The notes beneath the pieces are model-generated. The model was not told the origin of the DNA. It made no database searches and saw only the letters and a list, made by a program, of their open reading frames with translations. Position numbers and translations under genes: made by a program. From the NCBI GenBank assembly GCA_008632985.1, contig QPGO01000051.1, forward strand, positions 1-64,000: a stretch of DNA of 64,000 nt. Reading direction: 5' to 3'. Source of the stretch: Psammoneis japonica (lineage: Eukaryota). Position 1 is the stretch's first letter; every line of letters begins with the position of its first letter. This document shows positions 11,698-22,744 of the stretch, piece after piece.

Positions 11698-13700
11698 CTA
11701 TGTGAGATAGAACGCAGAGACTGCGTACACCATCCCGATCTTGAACTCTGCCATGTAACATCCGGCACCGCCAAGCATGCCGGGATCCCTAATTCTGAAT
11801 TTCCATGTGCCATTCTTGGCCATGTACTTCATGGTGCCACCACGCACGCCAGTGGCCTCCGAGGCGCCGTTTGATCCCAGCTTACTAACACGCACCAACT
11901 CCGGGCCACTTCCTTCATCATCCGTTTCTTCCGTGCATGAGTTCTCTACCTGAATCTTCAACACGAGTTTGCCGCCAGTGGCACTTGCTGCTTTCCCCTC
12001 CAAGAATGGGCTGCAAAGACGCTTCAAGCTCTTGCTTGGAACAGATGAATCAATCTCCACCCCACCCATTGGCCTCATGCTCTTTGTGGTCAGCTGGTTG
12101 GGAACCAAAGGGCAACTGTCGCAAGTGTCTCCAACGCCGTCGCCATCGCTGTCAGCCTGGTCAGGATTCAAAACCGAGGGGCAGTTGTCCCTGTCATCAA
12201 GAATGCCATCACTGTCAGCATCCCTGAGCTTTAACACAAAGAGACCGTGACCTCCATCGTGCCCCTTCATCATAAAAAAACAGCTCTTGATTCCAAGGCA
12301 TTAGATGGGACAGGCATGAAACAGAACCAATGACCACTTCTGAACTGCCAAGAGCACGATCATGTGCCCAAAGATCTTGCTGCTGTCCACTGTGAGCTTG
12401 GAAATGCAACTTTCCCCAAAAGGGTCTCTGACAACTTGGAGAAGAACCACCCCGACCGGGATTGACATCCTTTGTCATTTCTGTCCGGCGATGGGATCAT
12501 GCACCCACAGCTCTTCTCGATGCAAAAATCCACGGCCTTGAAGTGCAGCATTCCATCCATTGGCACGAAGTCACCTGGCAAAGAACTTCTTTGACCACAA
12601 CAGATGTCCTTCACCATCTTTGTTTCTCAAGTGGTGGGATCATGCACCCAAAGCTCCCATCCATGCACTCCATCAGTTGCAGAGACATGCAGCTTTCCAT
12701 TCGTTGGCACTAAACCACGAAGATAAAAACTGTGTTTGCCTGGCCTGATCTTGACCACATTTGTTTCGTTGTTGGTGGGATCATGCACCCAAAGCTCTTG
12801 TCCATGTGTTCCATCATCAGCAACGAAACACAGCTTTCCATCAAGTGGTGTGAGCCTGAATGGAGAAGAACCACGCCGGCCAGGATTGACATCCTCTGCC
12901 ATTTCTGTGCGCCCGCTGTTGGGATCATGCACCCAAAGCTCTGGTCCATGCATTCCATCATCAGCAACGAAATGAAAAATTCCATTCCCTGGGATCAATT
13001 CCCCCGGGCTGATGTCCTTGACCATCTTTGTTTCATTGTTGGCAGGACCGTGCACATCCAAAGCTCTCGTCCATGCAATCTGCGTTCGGCGGAGAAGTGC
13101 AGGCAGCTTTCCATCAACTGGCAGGAAACTTCCTGGATGAGAATCATGCCAACCGGGATTGACATCCTTTGTCATTTCTGTGCACCCGCCAATCAGATCA
13201 TGCACCCAAAGCTCTCGTTCATGCAGTCCATCACTGGCCGTAAAGAACAGCTTTCCATTCATTGGGATCAATTCCCCCATTTCAGAACTTGTCTCACCCG
13301 GCCCAATGTCCTTGACCATCTTTGTTTTGCAGTTGGTGGGATCATGCATCCAAAGCTCTTGTCCGTGCAATTTGTGGTCTGTGGAGAAATGCAGCTTTCC
13401 ATCAACCAGCGGCAAGTTTCTTGGACAAGAAGCAAGCCGACCAGGATTGACATCCTTGACCATCTTTGTTTTGTCAATGGTGGGATCATGCATCCAGAGC
13501 TCAGAGCTCTCATCCATGCCATCCATCATCAGCCACAAAGTGCAGCTTTCCACCCAGTGGAGTGAAGCTGCATGGAGAAGATTCACCTCCTCCACCTGGA
13601 TTGACATCTGCGACCATTCTGCAATTGCCGCTGATGTGATCATGTGCCCACAGCTCCCTCCCATGCATCTCTAAACATCTGCAGAAAAATGTGCTTTTCC
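11698..13700 (-). pseudogene. ELWxxDGT-type repeat (beta-propeller) protein with C-terminal thrombospondin type-3 Ca-binding repeat; 5' part decayed
   Basis: About 9-10 repeats of ~47 aa (HGxELWxHDPT...MVKDVNPG...GKL[H/C]F.ADDG) spread over several frames; [38 protein letters not shown] in ORF 11698..12273. Confidence 0.85.
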
Positions 13701-14079
13701 CTCCAGGGTGCAAACCAACACTCAACACATGCTTTTGAGCAGGCTTTTCATTCAGATGTCTTGCATGACATCATTGCTGGACACTTGCTCAAACACTGCA
13801 AAATTTTCTTGCAAGAGCCAGTCTCTAATTTGGAGCTGCAAGTCGTGTTTGATGGCTGCAAGCAACTGGACGGAACGACGCTCCTTCTCAATCACAAGGT
13901 CACAGGCTCCATGTTCTTTGTGGAGAACATCCCTCTGCAGACTGAGCTTGATTCAGAAACAATGACGGCTCTCAAGAGCAATGGCTTCTTGCAAAAGATT
14001 CAAAGCTCAAAGCACCCCACCTTGCCCAATGCAAAAAAAGTGTCTGTCACACTGGCTGATGATGGGAGCTCCTTGATCA

Positions 14080-14840
14080 AGTCACACCTGTGCAATTTCC
14101 AACAAAGAGTCCAACTCCTCCTGCAGCAACAAATGTGCCAACACGGGTGCTGACCAAACATCCCACATTGCCTCCATCGTGCACAAGCAGAGAGGTGTGC
14201 AAGGCTGAAAGTCAGGGCAGCAGCATTTTTGTTGATCAGGAATGCAGACCTCCCTTTGTGGAATGGCAAAACCTGCAATGCCTGTGCCACAGCAAGCAAT
14301 GGGAACACACTGCATGTTGTTGCATGTGGTGCTGGAACAATGTGGTCTCTCACATGTTGTCTGTTGCTTTTGGATGGTGTTGCCATGTGAATCAATCCAG
14401 CTGGGGTCACTGTCAGAATTCTGCGGCATGTCTCAACCCCTGAAATTAGAGCCTGAAATGAGTGAATGCTCCAAATGCATTTAAGGATGTTGTGGCAAGG
14501 AGCTCTGCTGTGCATGCATTCTCTCATTGCTTCAAAACAATCACGCAACTTCTTGGAACCGTTTGCAGCACAATCCACAGAAACCCAACATTTGGGATTT
14601 GTTGCATTCTTGTGTGGATGCAACCACAAATGTTGTGGGAATGAATCCTCTGTGATGATCTTTGGAAAGGAGCAACAAACTGGCTGTGATGGACTGTCGA
14701 AGCTTGTCAAAAGTGAGTGCTTGCAGAAAAGGGTCACACTGCTCTTTTGCACAATTGCAACCAATCACAACTGCAACGGTTTTCACATGTTTTGAAACTG
14801 CCACAATTTCTTCCTTCACAATCGTTTGACCTTGCATCTC
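14080..14840 (-). mobile_element. Possible decayed MULE-type transposase / SWIM zinc-finger remnant
   Basis: LLLLSKDHHRGFIPTTFVVASTQE resembles the MULE 'vdxxgxxxpvaf' segment; QQKCCCPDFQ...LCLC resembles a SWIM CxCxxF...C motif. Heavily mutated, tentative. Confidence 0.3.
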
Positions 14841-15149
14841 ACCGCCACAACAAAGTGCAACTCGCCTGCAGAAACTTTTGTGTCATTTGTTGTTTCCTCA
14901 TCACAAGAGCTGTGCTGTTGGGGCAAGCTGTTCCACACACTGCCTGCTGTTCTCCTGCTGCACACTGCATCCTCACTGTTGTTCCAATGCAAATTCAATG
15001 TCGGGTCTCTTGTTCTGCAACATGGCCAGGTTTTCAGCCAACAGCACATCAGCTTGCAGCCAACAAAGATTGGGCCGGCTTCAAACAAGAACAAGATTGA
15101 TGATGAACTCTTGAGGCAATGGTCCTTCATGATGCCTTTGCAGACCAAA

Positions 15150-15975
15150 CCAATTGTGCGATGCACAGGTGACACTCAAATGATCAACATTGTGAGAGAA
15201 AGAATGCAAGAAGAATCTGTGGTCTTGCCACAGCAGCCTCCATGGACCCAGCCCCAATGGACTCTTGATGAGTGCAGTGTCATTGAAGCAAAGGTCAGTT
15301 GTGCTTGGCAGAGCAGCAGACACTGCACTTTGTGAAACGAGGCAGTGCAAAACGATGACTCAAAACGACCCTCCTCACGCTAAAAAGGGCAGCCCTGCAT
15401 TGGACCCACAATGTTCTTGGGATGCCTTGATGCCACCAAACTCCAGCTCAGCTGCATTTGGGCACATCTGAACAAATGCAGAAAGGGATTGTGCATCATC
15501 CCATCAAGTTGATGTGTTGTTGTTGGGATCTGAAGCAGAAATTGCCAACTTTCGAATTTGTGCCAGTTGTCCAAAACAATGATTGACCGCAAATGCGTGA
15601 TTTTTCCACTCCGCTGATTGCAAGAGCAGCACAGTTTTCTCCAGAAGCATTGTTCCCAGTTGCTTTCCTGATGACATTACGGAAGGAGTCTGAAGTGCTC
15701 TTGTTGGTGAAGAAAATGTCAGCGATGCGTTCTTGGTTGAGCGATTCATTGTTGGGCACTTCATTGCACCCCCTGCCACAAACAGCCACTGTCTTTAAAT
15801 CATCCAAGGAAAGACAGGTGAATGTCTTTACCTTGCATTCCATTGGAAGACTGTCAAACACAGCAACAAAAGTGGTGTCTTCATCATCAACTTCATTGTT
15901 GTTGTCAAGACGCTGGCACTTGTGGCACTGGGTTTTGGCAGAAACATCCGGTGGCAACTTGCAAGTCATCATCAA
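15150..15975 (-). pseudogene. F-box protein pseudogene, copy 1
   Basis: FDSLPMECKVKTFTCLSLDDLKTVAVCGRGCNEV matches the F-box pattern (LPxExxxxIFxYLxxxDL); frameshifts downstream. Confidence 0.7.
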
Positions 15976-16367
15976 GAGACTGGACGACTGTGTTGATCAA
16001 ACAAAGGGCAGTTGACACTGCCTTTCTCAAACAGCAAGTGCAACACTCATCTCTCATCCCTCAACTTCCAACTTTTTGGGACTCCCTCAAACGTTTGACT
16101 CATCCGACCAAAATCGAAGGAAGCATCAGCAAGAGTGCACTTTGTGTGTTGAGTGTGCATCTGTTTGTGTGTGTTTTAAAAACATCAGATTGCTTTTGGC
16201 AAACTGGATGCAATCGTGATCATTGGCATCATTTGGACACCAGAGTGTGGCCACATTGATGGACAAATGTTTTCAAATGAAGAACGGAAGTCAAACGAAC
16301 ATGGGTTCTTTTCCTGCAACTCAGTGCTGGCAACTCCAAACTTCAGAAGTCTCTCACTTTCTCAGCT

Positions 16368-17132
16368 GTGATTGACAGAGCAAGTGTTGTCACCATGTCT
16401 GCTTGCCTTCTCTTCTCCATGTTTGAGATCACATCTTTGCTTTGATGAAGAGCTCAGCCGTCCTTGCTTGTTTTCTTGATTTTCTGACATGTCTTCATGA
16501 AAATCTCAAAAGTAAAAGCGCTCTGCATTGAGGAGTCAAAGGGTCTGTCCATTTGCCTTCCCATCCTTTTGACCATTTGTGCTGTCATCCAAGTTTGGTT
16601 TTTGAAAAAGACTCGCGAGACCAGTCTCCAGTGTGAACGCAAAATTGAATTGTTGAGTTGCCGCCTCAAACTTCAGGAGGAACTGCAACAGCATGGCAGC
16701 ACTTCTCTTCAAGGAATGGTGAATCGTCTCAAGCTCAAACAGGAAACTTACAAAATGTTGCATCTCGTTTTGACAAACGTTGTCAAAGACTCAGCCAAAC
16801 ACCCACCCTGCAGCGAATGGAAACTTGAGGATTTAAAACATGAGAGATCCGTTGGTTTGATGCACCGTCACCACAAGTGTCGCAAAGAAATCTGTGGAGA
16901 GTGGACCCTTGAAAAAGCTGAAATCCATCAAGAGCACAAGGGAGCCATTTGCAAGACATTGAGCAAGTTTCTCAAACGTGCTGAGGATGGATGCCCTCAT
17001 GGACCAAAGGCAATTGTGTCAAAAAAGACACAGCATGCATTTCGAAACCACGTTCAGAAAAAGAAAGCCGCCAAGGAAATGGGGGCCAAAATGCTTGAGC
17101 TCGTGCAGAAGATGCAGGCCTTGAAATTGTAA
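16368..17132 (+). pseudogene. Mutated paralog of the 18458..19513 membrane-anchored coiled-coil gene
   Basis: Shares KISKVKA, VWFLKK, one LQxERKIE...GSTSLQGMVNRLKL unit and the C-terminus; Tyr-free; 5' region disrupted. Confidence 0.75.
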
Positions 17133-17223
17133 AGAACAAGGTGAGCATGTGGTCAGTGGGCATCTTCTGGCACCCGACTCATTGTGGTGGTGCTGCTTCT
17201 GCTTGAGCAAGCAAAAAGCCATC

Positions 17224-18033
17224 ACGAGTGCGATGCTCCGGCGATGCTCAAACGCTCAAGATTGCCCAAGAAACAGCACAAGAAACTCATTTGATCATGC
17301 CACAGTTGCCCCCATGAACTCTCAAAAACAGAGTCATTGAAGCAAATGTCAGTTGTGCTTGGCAGAGCAGTGTCTGCTCTGCAAACTGTGAAAGCGGTGC
17401 AGTGATTTAAAAAAAACCTCCTCAGGCTCAAAAGGGCATGAGAGCAGGTGCCCAAAAATTCTCAGGACACCTTGATGCCATTTAGCTCCAGCCCAGTTGC
17501 ATTTGAGCACATCTGAACAAATGCAAAAAGGGATTCTTCGTCTTCCCATCGAGTTGATGCGTTGTTGTTGTTGTTGGGATCTGAGTCGGAAATCACCAAC
17601 TTTCGAACTTGTGGCAGTCGCCCAAAACCAAGACTGCGCAAGTGCAAGATTTTTCCACTCTGCTGATTGCAAGAGTGGCACAGTTTTCTGCAAAAGCATT
17701 GTTCTTGGTTGCTTTCCCAACAGCGTTGCAGAACAAGTCTGAGGTGCTCTTGTTGGTGAAGAAAATGTGGCGGCAATTCGTTCTTGATTGAGCGATTCGT
17801 TGTTGCGTGCTTCATTGCACCTCTTGCTGCAAACAGCCACTGCATTTAAGTTCATCCAAGGAAAGATTGGTGAATGTCTTTACCTTGCAATCCATTGGAA
17901 GACTGTCAAACGTGGCAACAAAAGTGGCATCTTCGTCTTGGGTTTCATCAAGACGCTGGCGCTTGTTGCGCTGGGTTTCGGCTTTGTCACCCGACGGCAA
18001 CTTCAAGAAAATGGATGAGGTAAATCGAAACAA
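17224..18033 (-). pseudogene. F-box protein pseudogene, copy 2
   Basis: FDSLPMDCKVKTFTNLSLDEL then frameshift to AVAVCSKRCNEARNNESLNQERIA; collinear with copy 1. Confidence 0.7.
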
Positions 18034-18457
18034 AGTTTAATTGATGCTGCCTTTCTCAAACAGTGACCACAATGCTCGGCAGCTCTCAAACTTACAACTT
18101 TTTGGGGTTTGGGGGTGTCGCGCATCTCATCACAGTCGCGAGATTCTCATTCAGATCAGCACCCCCCCTCTGACGTTTGACTCATCCGACCAAAATCGAA
18201 GGAACTGACAGTCCCAGTACCGGTATCAGAAGAGTGTAGTTTGTGTGTTCTATATATGTATTTGTTCTTGGATATTAGTGTAATTAATTTTCGGCAAACC
18301 GAGAGCAATCGTGGCCAATGAGCATGGTTTAGACAGAGGAATTTAAATATATTAATGAACAGATGTTTTTAAAATAGAACGGACGTCAAACCAACACGGA
18401 TTCTCCTGCTCGATCCACGCTGATAAGAACACAAATCGTCTCACTTTCTCTGTTGTT

Positions 18458-19513
18458 GTGATCGATAGAGCAAGTATTGTCACCATGACTGCTTACCTTC
18501 TCTTCGATATGCTCAAGCTCGCCATTATGGCTGTTCTTGTTGCTTCTATTGGCATGGAAATCCCTCTCGCTTTGTTCTGCGTCTTCGTTTTGACGAAGAG
18601 CTTGGCCGTCCTTGTTTTCTTGATTTTCCGACGCGTCGTTTCGAAAATCTCAAAAGTAAAAGCGTTCTTCATGAAGGGTCTATCCATTCGCCTTCCCATT
18701 CTTTCTACTGTTCATGCTGTCATCCGAGTTTGGTTTTTGAAAAAGACTGGTGCGACCATTCGCCTTCCCGTCCTTTCTACCATTTATACCGTCATCCGAG
18801 GTTGGTTTTTGAAAGAGAATGTTGCGACCAAGCTCCAACGTGAACGCAAAATCGAAGTATTGAATCGCCACCTCAAGCTCCAGGAGGAACTTCGACAGCA
18901 TGGCAGCACTTCTCTTCAAGGAATGGTGAATCGTCTCAAGCTCCAACGTGAACGCAAAATCGAAGCATGGAATCGCCACCTCAAGCTCCAGGAGGAACTA
19001 CGACAGTATGGCAGCACTTCTCTTCAAGGAATGGTGAATCGTCTCAAGCTCCAACGTGAACGCAAAATCGAAGCATGGAATCGCCACCTCAAGCTCCAGG
19101 AGGAACTACGACAGTATGGCAGCACTTCTCTTCAAGGAATGGTGAATCGTCTCAAGCTCCAACGTGAACGCAAAATCGAAGCATTGAATCGCCACCTCAA
19201 TCTCCAGGAGGAACTACGACAGTATGGCAGCACTTCTCTTCAAGGAATGGTGAATCGTCTCAAGCTCCAACGTGAACGCAAAATCGAAGCATGGAATCGC
19301 CACCTCAAGCTCCAGGAGGAACTACGACAGTATGGCAGCACTTCTCTTCAAGGAATGGCAAATCGTCTCAAGCTCCAACGTGGACTCAGGGAAGTCGCGG
19401 CGAAAAAGATTCCGAACGCATTTCGAAACCACGTTCAGGCAAAGAAAGACGCCAACGAAATAGAAACCAAAATGCTTGACCTCGTGCAGAAGATGCAGGC
19501 CTTGAAATTGTAA
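18458..19513 (+). CDS. Hypothetical protein: N-terminal hydrophobic helices plus five 36-aa coiled-coil-like repeats
   Basis: Open 351 aa frame (first ATG at 18485); repeat KLQRERKIEAWNRHLKLQEELRQYGSTSLQGMVNRL. Confidence 0.65.
   Translation: MIDRASIVTMTAYLLFDMLKLAIMAVLVASIGMEIPLALFCVFVLTKSLAVLVFLIFRRVVSKISKVKAFFMKGLSIRLPILSTVHAVIRVWFLKKTGATIRLPVLSTIYTVIRGWFLKENVATKLQRERKIEVLNRHLKLQEELRQHGSTSLQGMVNRLKLQRERKIEAWNRHLKLQEELRQYGSTSLQGMVNRLKLQRERKIEAWNRHLKLQEELRQYGSTSLQGMVNRLKLQRERKIEALNRHLNLQEELRQYGSTSLQGMVNRLKLQRERKIEAWNRHLKLQEELRQYGSTSLQGMANRLKLQRGLREVAAKKIPNAFRNHVQAKKDANEIETKMLDLVQKMQALKL
18830..19383 (+). repeat. 108-bp coding tandem repeat, five near-identical copies plus a partial
   Basis: Units start at 18830, 18938, 19046, 19154, 19262 and 19370 (partial). 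Confidence 0.97.
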
Positions 19514-20243
19514 AGATTTAGGAGAACGTGCGGTCAGTGGGTATCTTCTGGTACCCGACTCGTTGTGGTGGTGCTACTTCTATTTGAGTAAGCAAAAAGC
19601 CATCGAGTAGCTGATTTAACACGTTGACACTGAAAATTTGCAGGGGCGAGGGAGCGAAAGACACCTTCCACAATTATATGAAACGTTAGAATAATTCACA
19701 TTTCAAGACAAACGATACGTTCCATTTAGAATTATTTGTATAGGTACAATCGTCCAGACTCACAGAAACTGCCGCGTTAAAATCCTCGCAATAAACCGAC
19801 CACGTATCCCAGCGCTGCACCAAATGTAAAGAGTACGAGTCAATGATTCCAACAGCTCTTGTGTTTGGCCACGCATACCACATGCTGATTCGAATTGATG
19901 ATTCCAGCACCTCATGCGTTTGGCTGCGCACATAGCACCTCTTCCAAGCGTAAACCCGAGCGTCCCATCACGGCTGCTTCAACTCCCTTGATACCGGCTA
20001 CCGTCGAGTCCGAGTGATGTGTTGCAGCCACCAAGGCCACGATGTTTGGTCCTCCGACTACGAGTAGGAATCCTACCGTGGCCCCAATCGATGCGGCCAC
20101 CGCCCAACCCGATACCAACAACTTCATACCTCTCTGCTTCCTCCGAATACAACCCCCCTTTCACGTCGCGACTGAAGGATGGGTTTCCGCGACTGAAAAT
20201 CGAAAATTTCAATCTTTAGGCGAATGCCGAGCAAAACACTTGT

Positions 20244-20949
20244 TCATTCCAATTCATGCTGTGCCCATGGAATGCGATGAGCCGCGTATATGCCCTTTTG
20301 TGGACCAACCTTGAGTAAATCATGGTGAGCACCCGTCTCCACAATCGCTCCGTCCTTGATATCAGCGACTTTGTCTGAGAGCCGTCCTGTTGCCCACTTG
20401 TGAGATGACAAGATTATAGCAGCACCCGTTTGTCTCAGTGCAGCTAGAAATCTGGCCTCTTCTGCTTCCGAGATCGCTGCTGTAGTATCATCGAGAATCA
20501 ATATAGATCCAAACAAACATTTGTCAACCGATTTGTGTGATTTGGCTTGGTTGTCATTGTCGTATATCGCCTGAGCTAGAACTTTGGTGAGCAGAACTTT
20601 TGACCACTCTGAAGGAGACGGGAAAATCACCCGAGAATTCCTTGATCAAAGAAATGTCGTGAAAAGAGGAAGAAGAAAAGAGACGACGATCATGCTGGAC
20701 CAGTGTACTATTGCTCGTTCCGTGTATGTTCAAAAGGATGTCCGTCGTCTTGGTCGAGACGAGGTGATGCCACGAGAGCCGTTTTTGGGTCTGTCGGCTT
20801 GTCGTCTCGTACTGTAGAGAGGAAACGTCCTTGTCGAGAAGAGCTATCTTGCTTTTATTCGTGAAAAGGCCGCCACGAAGAGCCTCCGTTGCGCCCACGC
20901 CATCAAGGATGAGAATAAGACTCGGCAAGGCAGACCACAAGTGCCTCAT
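20244..20949 (-). pseudogene. Internally deleted ABC transporter remnant
   Basis: C-terminal NBD motifs ILILDDTTAAI (Walker B/D-loop), IILSSHK (H-loop), IKDGAIVETGAHHDLL..GIYA, preceded only by a short signal-peptide-like ORF; no TMD or Walker A seen. Confidence 0.65.
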
Positions 20950-21658
20950 GCTTTTTCTCGATAGACGAATATGCGTTCGGCGGAGAAGCGTTTTGAGGCT
21001 TGATCAACGGTGTTTGTCAAAGCTCAAAGCGACGACATGACAAATTGCGAGACAGATGAGGTGTGGCTAAAGGCGTTTGCTGAAATCACATTTCCCCTCG
21101 TGATGCACAGTAGAATGAGTGTTTTGCCGCCATGCTGGCACTTGGCAAACACTCGACAATCTCGTCACCCGCCCATGCACGAACTAACTCCCGAGTTTTG
21201 GATGATGGAATGTGGAGGAACCTTCAACGCGCATCATCATGGTGGACAGAACGAGTGGTTTCTCATCTCTAGAGAATATCCTTCAACGTTTACCGACGCA
21301 TCTATTCATCTGAATTCTCATCTTCTCATGCCCGCACAAAAAAACTATGGAATCCAAATCTAAATCGTGAGTTGCGTTTCTTGTTTCGACGACAGACGTA
21401 TGAGTAATGCCAATGTCCAATGACGGAATGACTGGCAGCAGTCACTCGTGAAATGGCATAAGAGTACACAATGACTCTCCTTAGTAAGTGTTATGAAAGG
21501 TCAGAAATGCGCAAATAAGCCCCTCTGAAGCACGACGCATTGCACGATGAAAACTTTTGTAGCCTTCGAGGAGGTCGTCGTCTCTTATAATTGTATTGTT
21601 TCTCTATCTGCCATTTGCTCTCTGCAATCATAATCAGACGAGCGGAAGAAAAGACAGC

Positions 21659-22429
21659 ATGAGATTGGGGCACCAGCTTATCGACAAATGGTTGTGCCTT
21701 TTAGCACTTGGGCTATTGTGTGAGCCGACTAGCGGCAAGAACGAAATGCTGCAGGGACTGCGCGGCGACAGAAAGAACGACGCAATTCTTGTGAGTCACG
21801 ACGCGAGGCTTTTGAAGGACTGCGAGTATTGTGATGCATTGAAGCCCACTGGAATCACGGATTCTCTAGCGGTAATGGTATCTGATGCACTTGGAAGCTT
21901 GGACAAATGTGAGAATGAATCCTGCGTCTCGGACATGGCAAGCTTTGTAGAAACGATACGAATGAGTGAAGAAAAGTACAAGAAGATTACGCCCGATCAA
22001 AGCGCGTTGTTGAAGGATTTTATCAAGGAAGTAAAGAATGAATGCGAAACCAAGATCCGTGAAGAGCAAAAAGCCAAGGCGCAAGCGGAAAAGATAAAGC
22101 ATGGTTTCAAAGAACCAGGCCCATCAAGCAACGTCGATCCTCCCTGTACCTATTGTCCAATGTTTGAGGAAGCGGAATTCCCAGAAAAAGCCATCCATCG
22201 GCTTCGAGTTAAATTTGCTGAGCTTGACAAATGTTGCAAAGTGTTGTGTGCGCGTAATGCGTCTCGGGAGCTGGATAGGGCGCGCCTGCATCTCGAAGAG
22301 AAGAACTTGCTTGATGAACACCAGAGCGAGTTTTGTAAGGATGCAATCAAAGAAGCTCTGGATAACAAGGTGGCCGACATTGAGAAAGCCGCAGAGGAAG
22401 ATACCAAGAGAGAGAAGAACAATGACTAG
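21659..22429 (+). CDS. Predicted secreted protein with two internal Cys-containing helical repeats
   Basis: Signal-like WLCLLALGLLCEPTSG; repeats CEYC...LDKCENESC...EEK...QSALLKDFIKE and CTYC...LDKCCKVLC...EEK...QSEFCKDAIKE. Confidence 0.7.
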   Translation: MRLGHQLIDKWLCLLALGLLCEPTSGKNEMLQGLRGDRKNDAILVSHDARLLKDCEYCDALKPTGITDSLAVMVSDALGSLDKCENESCVSDMASFVETIRMSEEKYKKITPDQSALLKDFIKEVKNECETKIREEQKAKAQAEKIKHGFKEPGPSSNVDPPCTYCPMFEEAEFPEKAIHRLRVKFAELDKCCKVLCARNASRELDRARLHLEEKNLLDEHQSEFCKDAIKEALDNKVADIEKAAEEDTKREKNND

Positions 22430-22744
22430 TGGAAGCTACGAAGATTTCTCTCGATTCAGTTTGTCCATCCGTTCTTTAGAAGTAGCAACATGTGACCCAT
22501 GTGATGAATAAATTCTAGGTTGTTTTCAAGTCATCACGTCCAAAGCTTGTTCAAATTTGTTGGTTGTATCTCCTTTAGAGCTAGAGTGCATGTCCTATGA
22601 AATGAAAGGAGCTGTTAAACAAACTAGTCAAACAGCCTCTTCCGATCCACTCGCTGTGCTTTTGATAGAGAATAACGAGAACGAAAAAGGAGAAACGACT
22701 CTGTCATATTACATTGGCGATTTCTAAATAGAAGTGTATTTTTA

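Larger units (their letters stand above)
11960..18150. other. TpA/CpG-depleted hypermutated domain 2
   Basis: TA nearly absent except mostly TTAA/CTAA/TTAG; TA-rich sequence resumes at ~18215 (cagtac cggtatc ... tatatatgta). Confidence 0.9.
15150..19604. repeat. Tandem segmental duplication: unit 1 ~15150-17223, unit 2 ~17224-19604
   Basis: Collinear shared blocks: gtcagttgtgcttggcagagcag (15294/17348), cgtttgactcatccgaccaaaatcgaagga (~16092/~18174), identical VQKMQALKL* ends, 3' UTR blocks 17151-17223/19532-19604. Confidence 0.92.

Noticed and set aside
11960..18150. Contaminant or chimeric foreign insert
   Set aside because: Boundaries run through a continuous gene and a local tandem duplication, so the domain is native sequence altered in place.
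18830..19383. Regular repeats as a CRISPR array
   Set aside because: No unique spacers; 108-bp head-to-tail in-frame coding units; eukaryotic context with no cas genes.
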